From Acidobacteriota bacterium (lineage in GTDB: Bacteria; Acidobacteriota; Vicinamibacteria; Fen-336): a DNA stretch of 64,000 nucleotides. The notes under the pieces were generated by a model, which worked only from the letters and a program-made list of their open reading frames with translations, was not told where the DNA came from and did not search any database. A program made the translations under genes and the position numbers. The stretch lies in the NCBI GenBank assembly GCA_016199625.1, contig JACQGI010000039.1:2379-66378 (forward strand). The letters are read 5' to 3'. Below are positions 8,797-17,462 of this stretch, piece by piece (position 1 is the first letter of the stretch; every line of letters starts with the position of its first letter).

Positions 8797-10206
8797 ATGC
8801 GTGAATCCATCCTGATCGTCGACGACGAGACGGGCGTGCGGACCTCGCTCCAGGGGATCCTCGGAGACGAGGGGTACCAGGCCGACGCCGTGGAGAGCGG
8901 TGAGGCGTGCCTCGCGGCCCTCGAGAAGGGCCGGTACGATCTGGTGCTCCTCGACGTGTGGCTGCCCCAGATGGACGGCCTGACGACCCTCTCGCGGATC
9001 CGGACCCTCGACCCGGACCTCCCGGTCGTCGTCATCTCGGGACATGGGAGCATCGAGACCGCAGTCAAGGCCGTGCGGATGGGGGCCCAGGACTTCGTCG
9101 AGAAGCCCCTCTCCCTCGAGAAGACGCTCCTCGTCGTCAGGAACGCCCTGCGACAGCGGAAGCTCGAGGCCGAGAATCGCGCCCTCAAACAGCAGGTCGA
9201 GCACCGCTGGGTCATGGTGGGCGAGAGCGCAGGGCTGCGGGCGCTCCGGGCGGAGATCGCACAGGCGGCCCCCTCCAACGGCCGCGTCCTCATCTACGGA
9301 GAGAACGGCACCGGCAAGGAGCTCGTGGCGCGCAACATCCACGTCGGGAGCCTCCGGGCCGACGGCCCCTTCGTCGAGGTGAACTGTGCGGCGATCCCCG
9401 AGGAGCTCATCGAGAGCGAGCTGTTCGGCCACACCCGCGGGGCTTTCACCGGCGCCCTCACGACCAAGAAGGGGAAGTTCGAGCTGGCCGACGGGGGGAC
9501 TCTGTTCCTCGACGAGGTGGGGGACATGAGCCTCAAGACCCAGGCCAAGGTCCTGCGGGTCCTCCAGGAGCAGAAGGTGGAACCGGTGGGCGGGACCAGC
9601 TCGATCACCGTCGACGTCCGCGTCATCGCCGCCACCAACAAGCGCCTCGAGAACGAGATCCGCAAGGCGGCCTTTCGCGAGGACCTCTACTTCCGCCTGA
9701 ACGTCATCCCGTTCCAGGTGCCGCCCCTGCGGGACCGCCGCGAGGACGTCCCGCTCCTCGCGCGCCACTTCATCGCCGAGCTCTCGGCCGAGTACGGCAA
9801 GCGCCCGAAGGACCTCGCCGCGGAAGCCCTCGACGTCCTTCTGGCCCATCACTGGCCGGGCAACGTGCGTGAGCTCCGGAACATCATCGAGCGGCTCGTC
9901 ATCATGACTCCCGGCGATCGGATCGAGGCCCGCCACCTGCCCGGCGGACTGCTCGCCGGGACCCCGCCTGGAGAGCCGTCGGCGTCCGGAGGCTCCCCGC
10001 CACCTCTCCTCGGCGAGTTCCCGTCGCTGGCCGCCGCCCGCGAGGATTTCGAGAAGCGCTACATCTGGAAGAAGTACCAGGAGTGCGGCGGCAACATGAG
10101 CCGCACCGCCGAAATGCTGCAAGTGGAGCGTTCGAACCTCTACAGGAAGATGAAGGCCTACGGGCTCCTGCCTGCGCGGCGAGGAGAGGCCCTCGAGTCC
10201 GCCTGA
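8797..10206 (+). CDS. ntrX: Sigma-54-dependent response regulator (NtrX/NtrC family).
   Basis: Receiver domain (ILIVDDE...D54-like). AAA+ domain with the GAFTGA motif (GHTRGAFTGAL) and a Walker A box (GENGTGKE). C-terminal Fis-type HTH. GGAG sits 6 nt upstream of the ATG at 8797. Confidence 0.8.
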   Translation: MRESILIVDDETGVRTSLQGILGDEGYQADAVESGEACLAALEKGRYDLVLLDVWLPQMDGLTTLSRIRTLDPDLPVVVISGHGSIETAVKAVRMGAQDFVEKPLSLEKTLLVVRNALRQRKLEAENRALKQQVEHRWVMVGESAGLRALRAEIAQAAPSNGRVLIYGENGTGKELVARNIHVGSLRADGPFVEVNCAAIPEELIESELFGHTRGAFTGALTTKKGKFELADGGTLFLDEVGDMSLKTQAKVLRVLQEQKVEPVGGTSSITVDVRVIAATNKRLENEIRKAAFREDLYFRLNVIPFQVPPLRDRREDVPLLARHFIAELSAEYGKRPKDLAAEALDVLLAHHWPGNVRELRNIIERLVIMTPGDRIEARHLPGGLLAGTPPGEPSASGGSPPPLLGEFPSLAAAREDFEKRYIWKKYQECGGNMSRTAEMLQVERSNLYRKMKAYGLLPARRGEALESA

Positions 10207-10286
10207 CGACGCCTGCGCCCGTCGGGGCGAACCTCCCCCCTGGCGCGTCCTTCGCTCAGGTGCTGCCTCCTCAAGCACTTCGGCCT

Positions 10287-10316
10287 TGAAACGGAGCTGC
10301 GCTTTTCCCCATAATG
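10287..10316 (+). promoter_or_regulatory. Sigma-70-like promoter, TTGAAA-N18-CATAAT.
   Basis: Read directly in the sequence. A GGGGGAGG Shine-Dalgarno and a TTG start at 10346 lie about 25 nt downstream. Confidence 0.35.
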
Positions 10317-10345
10317 GGCCCGGAGCACGGAGGATCGGGGGAGGC

Positions 10346-10894
10346 TTGGAGGCGAGCCGGGAGGACCGGATCCGGAACCTGCGCACCGAAGGCTGGACTC
10401 TTCTCGACGCGGGCCGGAGCCGGGAGGCTGCCGACGCCTTCGGACGCGTCGTGCTCCAGGACCCCGCCGACGCCGAGGCGCGACGGGGCCTCGACGATGC
10501 TCGCGCGGCGGTAGCCGAAGAGGCCCGACTGCTGGACCAGCTCCTCGACCAGGCGATCCGCGCCACCGACACCGGCGACCGGGGGCAGGCGCGCCAGCTC
10601 CTGGAAGACGTCATCGTGCGTGGCGGGGATCGTGACCGGGCTCTCGCACTGCTCGACCGCCTCGAGGACCACGTCGGCCGGGTCGAGGCCAGACCGCCCG
10701 CCGGTGAGGCTGCGGCTTCCTCGCCGGTCCCGGCCGCGCGGCGCGCGCGCTCCCGGTCGCGGCGGATCTTCGCCGTGGCCTGGGCGTGTCTGTTCGCCTT
10801 GCTCGCCGCCGGGATCGCGGTGAGCTGGGAGCGGCTCCTGGAGAACCTGGTCCGTACGCCCGGCCCCAGGTCCCAGGCAGGGGATCGCCGGTGA
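10346..10894 (+). CDS. TPR-like helical protein with a C-terminal TM anchor (hypothetical).
   Basis: A TTG start with a strong RBS. TPR-like helix pairs are followed by the hydrophobic segment IFAVAWACLFALLAAGIAV. The stop overlaps the next gene start (GTGA). Confidence 0.4.
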   Translation: MEASREDRIRNLRTEGWTLLDAGRSREAADAFGRVVLQDPADAEARRGLDDARAAVAEEARLLDQLLDQAIRATDTGDRGQARQLLEDVIVRGGDRDRALALLDRLEDHVGRVEARPPAGEAAASSPVPAARRARSRSRRIFAVAWACLFALLAAGIAVSWERLLENLVRTPGPRSQAGDRR

Positions 10895-11835
10895 GCTGCC
10901 CCGCCTGCGGCGGCGCACTCAAAGGCGGCCAGGACCGCTGCCCCGCGTGTGGCACCATCGTCTCGCCGCCCGTCGAGGGCTCCCTCGCTCCCGATCCCCT
11001 GGCCGGCGCCCCTCCCCGCGAGAAGGTCGAGCCCCTGCGGGAGATCCCGGGGCTCAGGAAGCGCGAGAAGACCTGGAAGGACGAGGTGCGTGAGCGGGTC
11101 CGGCAGCGTCGCCGAACCCGCACCGGTGAGGAGGATCTCCCCCTTTTCCGCGAGACCCAGGACGAGGACTCGCCCGAGGAGCCCGGCGCACCTCGGCCCC
11201 GGCCGAGCGAGTCGGCGCACCCGGATCCCTATGCCGTCACCGAGCGCGTCCAGCTCGAGCGGCTGGACGAGATGGTGGCCGACCTCGCGCTCCGACCGGA
11301 GCCGCGCCCCACCCTGGACGAGGACGCCGTCGGCGACGGGTCCGCCGAGGAAGGAGACGTCGGGCGTTCACCCGCGGCGGACTGGCCACGCGGAGTCGAG
11401 GTCGCGCCGGCGTTGCCTCCCGTCGAGCGGCCGGCTCATCCGGGCGAACGGCTCCAGGCGGCCGTCGTGGATCTCGCGTTGCTCGTCGCCCTATGGTCCG
11501 TGGTCGTCTACTTCGCCGGTCGTGCCGCCCAGGTTCCCGTCGAGGAGCTGCTCCCTGCCTGGCCGTACCTCGGCGCGTACCTCGCGACCCTCGGCCTCGT
11601 CTACGCCGCGTATTTCACCGGGACGACGGGTCAGACGCTCGGCAAGATCGTGACCGGGCTGCGCGTCGTGGACACGGCAGGCCGACCTCCCGGATACGCC
11701 CGCGCTTTCCTCCGTGCCGGCGTGGCAGCGCTGGGGATCCTCACGGTTGGCGCCGGGCTCCTCCCCATGCTCGTCGACCCCGCCCGGCGGGCCCTTCACG
11801 ATCGGCTGCTCCGCACCCGGGTCGTGAAGTTCTGA
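10891..11835 (+). CDS. RDD-family membrane protein with an N-terminal double-CxxC zinc ribbon.
   Basis: CPACGGALKGGQDRCPACG ribbon, an acidic/Pro-rich linker, and a C-terminal RDD domain (ERLQAAVVDLALLVALW...HDRLLRTRVV). Confidence 0.6.
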   Translation: MSCPACGGALKGGQDRCPACGTIVSPPVEGSLAPDPLAGAPPREKVEPLREIPGLRKREKTWKDEVRERVRQRRRTRTGEEDLPLFRETQDEDSPEEPGAPRPRPSESAHPDPYAVTERVQLERLDEMVADLALRPEPRPTLDEDAVGDGSAEEGDVGRSPAADWPRGVEVAPALPPVERPAHPGERLQAAVVDLALLVALWSVVVYFAGRAAQVPVEELLPAWPYLGAYLATLGLVYAAYFTGTTGQTLGKIVTGLRVVDTAGRPPGYARAFLRAGVAALGILTVGAGLLPMLVDPARRALHDRLLRTRVVKF

Positions 11836-11857
11836 CGACTCGGCGCGCTCGCCCCAC

Positions 11858-13498
11858 GTGGACGCACTCACACTCGACCGGCTCCTCGCCGAACTCCGAC
11901 CCGCTCTCTGCGGCCGCCATCTCGGCCGGCCGCGCGGCGTCGGCCCCCACGCGGTAGCCTTCGAGATCTCGGGAAGCAGGGACCGGCGGCTCTGGCTCGA
12001 CGTGTCGCGGGGCACCGCGGGCCTCTACCTGCTCTCCCGCGACGAGGTCCGCGCACTCGAGGACACGGACGAGGAGAGCTGGCCCGGCCGGACGCGCCAG
12101 GCGATCCTCCTTCTACGGAAGCACGTCGGCGGGACCCGCATCCGGGAGGTCCTGCGTGTGCCCGGAGAGCGCGCGCTCCTCGTCGAGGCCGGCGACGTCC
12201 GGCTCTCCCTCCGGATCTCGGGCCCCGCGCCCGCCCTGACGCTCGCCGTCGCCGAGGTTCCAGTGGCGACGCTGGGCGACGGGCCACCGGCCTGGCCGCC
12301 GCGCCCCCCGGCCCCGGAGCGGGAGTGGGACCGCGTGGACCCGGAAGCGGTGGCCGCCGCGGCGGCGGCGGCCACCGCGAAAGGGCACACGCGCCGACGG
12401 GCCGTGCTGTCGGCCTGTCCGTCCTTCGGCCCGCTGCTGGCCGGCCTCGTCGGCGAGTCGCCTGCGAGCGTCTCGGCCCTGCGCGCTCGCCTCGCCACGC
12501 CGCGGCCGACCGTCCTGCTGCCGGGACCGCTGCAGGACTGCCACGACGCCGACCTGGCCGACGGCCCGGCCGATCTCGGGCCGATTCCGATCGAGGGCCG
12601 TGTGGCGCACCACCCGCCCTCCTGGACCGAGGCCGCCGCGACGTTCCTCTGCCTGCGCCGCCGGGGGGAGCTCTTCGGGCGGGCGCGGCGCACGGCACTG
12701 GAGTCGGCGCGGCGCGAGATCCGGCGCCTCGTCCGGCTCGAGGCTCACCTCGGCCGCGACGTGGCCGGATTGGCGGATGCGGCTGCCCTGAGGCGCCAGG
12801 GTGAGGCGATCCTCGCGTCGCTCGCCGTGCTGGCTCCGGGTGTCCCTGAAGCGGAGCTGCGCGACCCGTACGAGCCGAGCAGACGGGTGAAGATCTTCCT
12901 GGACCCCCGGCTGAGCGCCCCGGCCAACGCGGACCGCCTGTTCGAGAGGGCCCGTCGCGTCGATCGGGCGCGAGCCCGCATCGCGGATCGGCTCGACGAG
13001 ACACGCCGCGCTCTCGAGGCGGCCCATGCCCACGAGAGGCGCGCCCTCGAGGCCCGGGATCTCCCGGCCCTCCGTTCCGGGGAGAGTCGGGGTCGCCGCT
13101 CGGCGCGGCCGGGGGCGAGCGCGGGCGGCGGACGGCTGCGCTATCTCACCTCGCGCGGGCTGCCCGTCCTCGTGGGCCGAGGGGCCAGGGAGAACCACGA
13201 GCTGACCTTCGGCGTCGCCCGGCCCGACGACCTCTGGCTCCACGTCCGCGATCGCCCCGGAGCGCACGTGATCCTCCGTGACGAGGAGGGACGCGCCGGC
13301 ACCGACGACGTGCGGGAGGCGGCCGAGGTGGCCGCGTTCCACAGCGAGGCGCGGGGGGAGGCGAGCGTGGACGTGCACGTGGCGCGCCGCAAGCACGTGC
13401 GGCCCGCCAGGGGCGGCCCCGGGCGGGTCCTCGTGGGCCACTCCGACACGCTGCGCGTCGCCCCCCGTGACCCTGCGGGTCGGCTCCGGCGGAGGTGA
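11858..13498 (+). CDS. NFACT / RqcH (Rqc2, FbpA)-like protein with a C-terminal DUF814-like domain.
   Basis: The C-terminal region RYLTSRGLPVLVGRGARENHELTF...DLWLHVRDRPGAHVIL matches the NFACT-R/DUF814 pattern. GTG start. The assignment is inferred from motifs alone. Confidence 0.5.
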   Translation: MDALTLDRLLAELRPALCGRHLGRPRGVGPHAVAFEISGSRDRRLWLDVSRGTAGLYLLSRDEVRALEDTDEESWPGRTRQAILLLRKHVGGTRIREVLRVPGERALLVEAGDVRLSLRISGPAPALTLAVAEVPVATLGDGPPAWPPRPPAPEREWDRVDPEAVAAAAAAATAKGHTRRRAVLSACPSFGPLLAGLVGESPASVSALRARLATPRPTVLLPGPLQDCHDADLADGPADLGPIPIEGRVAHHPPSWTEAAATFLCLRRRGELFGRARRTALESARREIRRLVRLEAHLGRDVAGLADAAALRRQGEAILASLAVLAPGVPEAELRDPYEPSRRVKIFLDPRLSAPANADRLFERARRVDRARARIADRLDETRRALEAAHAHERRALEARDLPALRSGESRGRRSARPGASAGGGRLRYLTSRGLPVLVGRGARENHELTFGVARPDDLWLHVRDRPGAHVILRDEEGRAGTDDVREAAEVAAFHSEARGEASVDVHVARRKHVRPARGGPGRVLVGHSDTLRVAPRDPAGRLRRR

Positions 13499-14010
13499 CC
13501 CTGGGCTATCATCGGGCCATGTCCACCACGGAGGCATCGGCCACGCCGCGCCCCCTCTCCGCGGCGGCGACGGCGCTCGCCACGGGGTTCGGGTCCGGCT
13601 ACTCTCCCTTCGCCCCCGGCACCGCGGGGTCGGCGGTGGGGCTGCTCTTGTTCTGGCCCCTCCAGGCGCTCCCGCCCGCCCAACAGGTCGTTGCCGTCGC
13701 GGTCGTCTTCTTCCTGGGCGTCGCCGCCTCGACCCACGTGGCTCGCCGCGCCGGGCTCGACGACCCGGGCTGCGTCGTGGTGGACGAGGTGGTGGGGCAG
13801 TGGGTGACGCTGCTCTTCCTGCCGTGGACGCCCGGAGTCGCCCTCGCCGGGTTCTTTCTCTTCCGCGTCATGGACGTGATCAAGCCGTACCCCGCCCGGG
13901 ACCTCGAGGCGCTCCACGGGGGCTGGGGCATCATGGCGGACGACCTGGTCGCGGGGATCTACGCGAACCTGCTGGTGCGGGTCGGCCTCATCGTGTGGCC
14001 CGCCTCGTGA
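13495..14010 (+). CDS. pgpA: Phosphatidylglycerophosphatase A.
   Basis: ALATGFGSGYSPFAPGTAGS...VVVDEVVGQW...FRVMDVIKPYPAR, the PgpA signature. The start may instead be the ATG at 13519. Confidence 0.7.
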   Translation: MTLGYHRAMSTTEASATPRPLSAAATALATGFGSGYSPFAPGTAGSAVGLLLFWPLQALPPAQQVVAVAVVFFLGVAASTHVARRAGLDDPGCVVVDEVVGQWVTLLFLPWTPGVALAGFFLFRVMDVIKPYPARDLEALHGGWGIMADDLVAGIYANLLVRVGLIVWPAS

Positions 14011-15275
14011 ACGCTGGCGGACGGGCGCTCCGCGCCGAGATCCTCGCCGTCGGCAGCGAGCTGCTCATGCCGGGGCGCGCGGAGACGAACGCCGTCTTCC
14101 TGACGGGGAGGCTTCTCGAGGTCGGCATCGCGGTCGGTGCACGGGTGACCGCGGCCGACGAGCCGGCCCTCCTCGAGTCGGCCTTCCGCGCGGCCCTCGC
14201 CCGGGCAGACGTCGTCCTGGCCACCGGCGGGCTCGGCCCGACCGAGGACGACCTCACCCGCGAAGCCGCCGCCGCGGCACTGGGGCTCCGGCTCCGGCGC
14301 GACCCCGGCATTCTCGAAGCCCTGAGGGCTCGGTTCGCGGGGTACGGACGGGTCATGGCGCCCGTGAACGAGAAGCAGGCCGACGTCCTCGAGGGGGCCG
14401 AGGTCCTTCCCAACGCGCGCGGGACGGCTCCAGGCCTGTGGCTCGAGGTCGCCGGGCGCGTCCTCATCCTCCTCCCCGGACCGCCTCGGGAGATGGAGCC
14501 GATGTTCGACCAGCACGCCCTGCCGCGGCTGCGCGCGCGCGCCGGGGGCACGGTGCTCGCCACCCGTGTCCTGCGCATCGCGTCCATGGGCGAGAGCGAC
14601 GTGGAACAGGTCGTGGCTCCAGTCTACAAGCAATACGGGAACCCGCGCACCACGATCCTCGGGGGCGCTGGCCAGACGGAGCTGCATCTCACGGCCGAGG
14701 CGGCGTCGCGCGAGGCAGCGGAGGCCCGTCTCGAGGAGCTGGCCGCGCGGATCCGCGCGGTGCTCCCCGGCCGGATCTTCAGCGAGGACGGTCGCGAGCT
14801 GCCCGAGGTGGTGGCCGCGCTGCTCCGCGACCGCGGTCTGACCCTGTCCGTCGCCGAATCCTGCACCGGGGGCCTGCTGTCCGCCCGCCTCACGGCGACC
14901 GCGGGGGCCAGCGCCTTCCTCGAACGTGCCTACGTCACGTACAGCAACCGGTCCAAGACCGAGCTCCTCGGCGTTCCGGCGGACCTGATCGCTTCCGCCG
15001 GCGCCGTGTCGGAGGAAGTGGCGCGGGCGATGGCGGCCGGGGCGCGACGCGCGGCGGGGACCGACATCGCGGTGGCGATCACCGGCATCGCCGGCCCCGA
15101 CGGCGGCACGGCCGAGAAGCCGGTGGGCCTCGTGTTCCTGGCCGTCGAAGGTGCGGCCGGCGACCGGGTGCGCCGGGCCCTTTTCCCCGGCGACCGGGAG
15201 CGCGTCCGCCACCAGGCGAGCCAGGCGGCTCTCGAGATGATCCGCCGCGGCCTCCTGGGACTCGCCCCGGCGTGA
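14007..15275 (+). CDS. cinA: Competence/damage-inducible protein CinA (MoCF-binding domain plus nicotinamide-nucleotide amidohydrolase domain).
   Basis: N-terminus AEILAVGSELLMPG...TGGLGPTEDD. C-terminus LSVAESCTGGLLSARLT...GIAGP. GTG start overlaps the pgpA stop. The longer track ORF 13278.. is in another frame across pgpA. Confidence 0.8.
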   Translation: MNAGGRALRAEILAVGSELLMPGRAETNAVFLTGRLLEVGIAVGARVTAADEPALLESAFRAALARADVVLATGGLGPTEDDLTREAAAAALGLRLRRDPGILEALRARFAGYGRVMAPVNEKQADVLEGAEVLPNARGTAPGLWLEVAGRVLILLPGPPREMEPMFDQHALPRLRARAGGTVLATRVLRIASMGESDVEQVVAPVYKQYGNPRTTILGGAGQTELHLTAEAASREAAEARLEELAARIRAVLPGRIFSEDGRELPEVVAALLRDRGLTLSVAESCTGGLLSARLTATAGASAFLERAYVTYSNRSKTELLGVPADLIASAGAVSEEVARAMAAGARRAAGTDIAVAITGIAGPDGGTAEKPVGLVFLAVEGAAGDRVRRALFPGDRERVRHQASQAALEMIRRGLLGLAPA

Positions 15276-15841
15276 CGCGCGGGGCGACCGGGATCGCGAC
15301 GGTCCGGGCCTTCGTGGCCCTCGAGGTGGACGACGCGATGAGGGCCCGCGTCGCCGGGAGCATGGAGCAGCTCCGGGAGCAGATCCGCGGCGTGCGATGG
15401 GTGGCGAGGCAGGCGATCCACGTGACGCTGCGCTTCCTGGGGGAATCCACCCGCGAGGCGCTGGACCGCGTCGCTCGCGACCTCCGGGCCGTCGCCGCGG
15501 CGTGCCCGCTGGCCGAGGCGCGCGTCGCCGGGCTCGGGGTCTTCCCCGAGCGCGGGAGCCCGCGGGTGCTCTGGCTGGGCCTCGACCTCCCGCCCTCCGT
15601 GCTCGAGATGCAGGCGCAGTGCGAACGCGCGGCTGTGGCCGCGGGCTTTCCCCGCGAAGACCGTCCCTTTCAATCCCACCTGACCCTGGGTCGCTGGCGC
15701 GACCGCGCACAGCGCCCGACCCTGCCCCGCCTCGACCTCGGCGTCACTGCCCTCGATGCGGTGGTCTTGTTCCGCAGTGAGCTTCGGCCCACGGGTGCGG
15801 TCTACACCCCGATCGAGACCTTCCGCCTCGGCACGGGGTAG
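15272..15841 (+). CDS. thpR: RNA 2',3'-cyclic phosphodiesterase (2'-5' RNA ligase family, ThpR/LigT).
   Basis: Two H-x-T/S-x motifs (HVTLRFLG and HLTLGRW). GTG start overlaps the cinA stop. Confidence 0.7.
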   Translation: MTRGATGIATVRAFVALEVDDAMRARVAGSMEQLREQIRGVRWVARQAIHVTLRFLGESTREALDRVARDLRAVAAACPLAEARVAGLGVFPERGSPRVLWLGLDLPPSVLEMQAQCERAAVAAGFPREDRPFQSHLTLGRWRDRAQRPTLPRLDLGVTALDAVVLFRSELRPTGAVYTPIETFRLGTG

Positions 15842-15852
15842 AGTAGTCGCCG

Positions 15853-16449
15853 ATGCTTCTCGGCCTCGTCCTCCTCGGCGCCTATCTCCTCGGATCGGTT
15901 CCCTTCAGCTACCTCGTGGCGCGCCGCTGGGGGATCGAGGACGTGCGCTCGGTCGGGAGCGGGAACGTCGGCGCCACCAACGTCCTGCGTTCCGCCGGCA
16001 AGGTCGCCGGCCTGCTTGCTTTCGCCCTCGACGCCCTCAAGGGGGCGGCCGCGGTGCTCGTCGCACGGGCATTCGGAGCGGTCGCGCCTGCGGACGCTCT
16101 CGCAGCGGCTGCGGCCGTCGTGGGACACATGTACCCTGTGTGGCTGGGCTTCCGCGGCGGGAAGGGCGTCGCCACCGGGGCCGGGGCCTTCCTGCCCCTC
16201 GCGCCGGCGGCCACCGCGGCCGCACTCGTCGTCTTCGCCCTGACCGCCGCCGCGACGCGCTACGTCTCCCTCGGCTCCGTGGCGGGCACCGTGGCCCTGG
16301 CCGCCGTCGCGTTCCTCCGCGGTGCGCCGGCGCCCGTCGCCTGGACCGCCGCAGCCGTCGGCGCCCTCATCGTGTGGAGGCATCGCGGCAACCTCGAGCG
16401 GATCTTCCGGGGGACGGAGAACCGGTTGGGCGCCCCGAGGCAGCCGTGA
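15853..16449 (+). CDS. plsY: Glycerol-3-phosphate acyltransferase PlsY.
   Basis: GSGNVGATNVLRSAG...HMYPVWLGFRGGKGVATGAG, the PlsY signature. Confidence 0.85.
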   Translation: MLLGLVLLGAYLLGSVPFSYLVARRWGIEDVRSVGSGNVGATNVLRSAGKVAGLLAFALDALKGAAAVLVARAFGAVAPADALAAAAAVVGHMYPVWLGFRGGKGVATGAGAFLPLAPAATAAALVVFALTAAATRYVSLGSVAGTVALAAVAFLRGAPAPVAWTAAAVGALIVWRHRGNLERIFRGTENRLGAPRQP

Positions 16450-17432
16450 AAGTCGCAGTCCTGGGCGGGGGCTCCTGGGGCACCGCGCTCGCTGCCCACC
16501 TCGTGCGCGCCGGCAACGGCGTGCGTCTCTGGGCCCGGGAGCCCGAGATCGCCCGGCGGATCCGCGAGGCCTGCGAGAACCCTCGCTATCTGCCCGGCGT
16601 CGTGCTCCCGGCAGGGCTCGGGGCGACGACGGACCTCCGTGAAGCGGCGGACGGCGCGGAGACCGTGCTGGTGGTGGTCCCGTCGGAGTTCTGTCGCGGC
16701 GTCTACCGGGCGCTTCGGCCGCTCGTGGCTCCGGGCGTCGCCCTGGTCTCGGCCACGAAGGGGATCGAGCCGGACTCCCTCGCGCGCATGACCGAGGTCG
16801 CCGCCGCGGAGGCTCCCGGCCATCGGCTCGCCGTGCTGTCCGGCCCCTCGTTCGCACTCGAGGTGGCCCGGGAGCAGCCGACGGCCGTCGTCGTGGCGTC
16901 GCGCGACATCGGCCTCGCCGAGTCGCTGCAGCGTGCCCTGTCGACCCGTGCGTTCCGCGCCTATTCGACCGACGACGTGGTGGGCGTCGAGCTGGCCGGA
17001 GCCCTCAAGAACGTCGTCGCCATCGCGGCGGGGATCATCGACGGCCTCGGCCACGGCCACAACACCGTGGCCGCGCTCATCACGCGGGGCCTCGCCGAGG
17101 TGACGCGCCTGGCGGTGGCCCTCGGCGGACGGGCCGACACCTTGGCCGGCCTCGCCGGCCTGGGGGACCTGGTCCTGACCTGCACCGGCGCGCTTTCGCG
17201 CAACCGGCGCCTCGGCCAGGCCCTGGGCCGCGGCCGGAGCCTCGCAGAGGCCGTGCAAGAGACGGCGATGGTCGCCGAGGGCGTCCGGACGACCCTCGCC
17301 GCCTGCGCGCTGGCCGAGCGGGCCGGCGTCGACATGCCCATCTCGCTGGCGATGAAGGCGGTCCTGTACGGCGGAAAGAGTCCCCGGGAAGCCGTGGAGG
17401 AATTGATGTTGCGGAGCCTCAAAAGGGAGTAA
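16446..17432 (+). CDS. gpsA: NAD(P)H-dependent glycerol-3-phosphate dehydrogenase.
   Basis: VKVAVLGGGSWGTALA...GALKNVVAIAAGI...GDLVLTC, the GpsA signature. GTG start overlaps the plsY stop. Confidence 0.9.
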   Translation: MKVAVLGGGSWGTALAAHLVRAGNGVRLWAREPEIARRIREACENPRYLPGVVLPAGLGATTDLREAADGAETVLVVVPSEFCRGVYRALRPLVAPGVALVSATKGIEPDSLARMTEVAAAEAPGHRLAVLSGPSFALEVAREQPTAVVVASRDIGLAESLQRALSTRAFRAYSTDDVVGVELAGALKNVVAIAAGIIDGLGHGHNTVAALITRGLAEVTRLAVALGGRADTLAGLAGLGDLVLTCTGALSRNRRLGQALGRGRSLAEAVQETAMVAEGVRTTLAACALAERAGVDMPISLAMKAVLYGGKSPREAVEELMLRSLKRE

Positions 17433-17462
17433 ACTAAGGGACCGCGGCCGTTTGCCCGAATC

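Noticed and set aside
7339-11220. 1293-aa ORF on the - strand spanning ntrY and ntrX.
   Set aside because: It is antisense to two genes with unambiguous HisKA, HATPase and GAFTGA/Walker motifs. The protein is low-complexity and R/G/A/P-rich, the typical mirror-frame artefact of 70% GC DNA.
13278-15841. Track ORFs 13278..15275 (665 aa) and 14438..15841 (467 aa), possible single long genes.
   Set aside because: Their 5' portions are out of frame across pgpA and cinA. Only the 3' parts correspond to real genes: cinA from the GTG at 14007 and thpR from the GTG at 15272.
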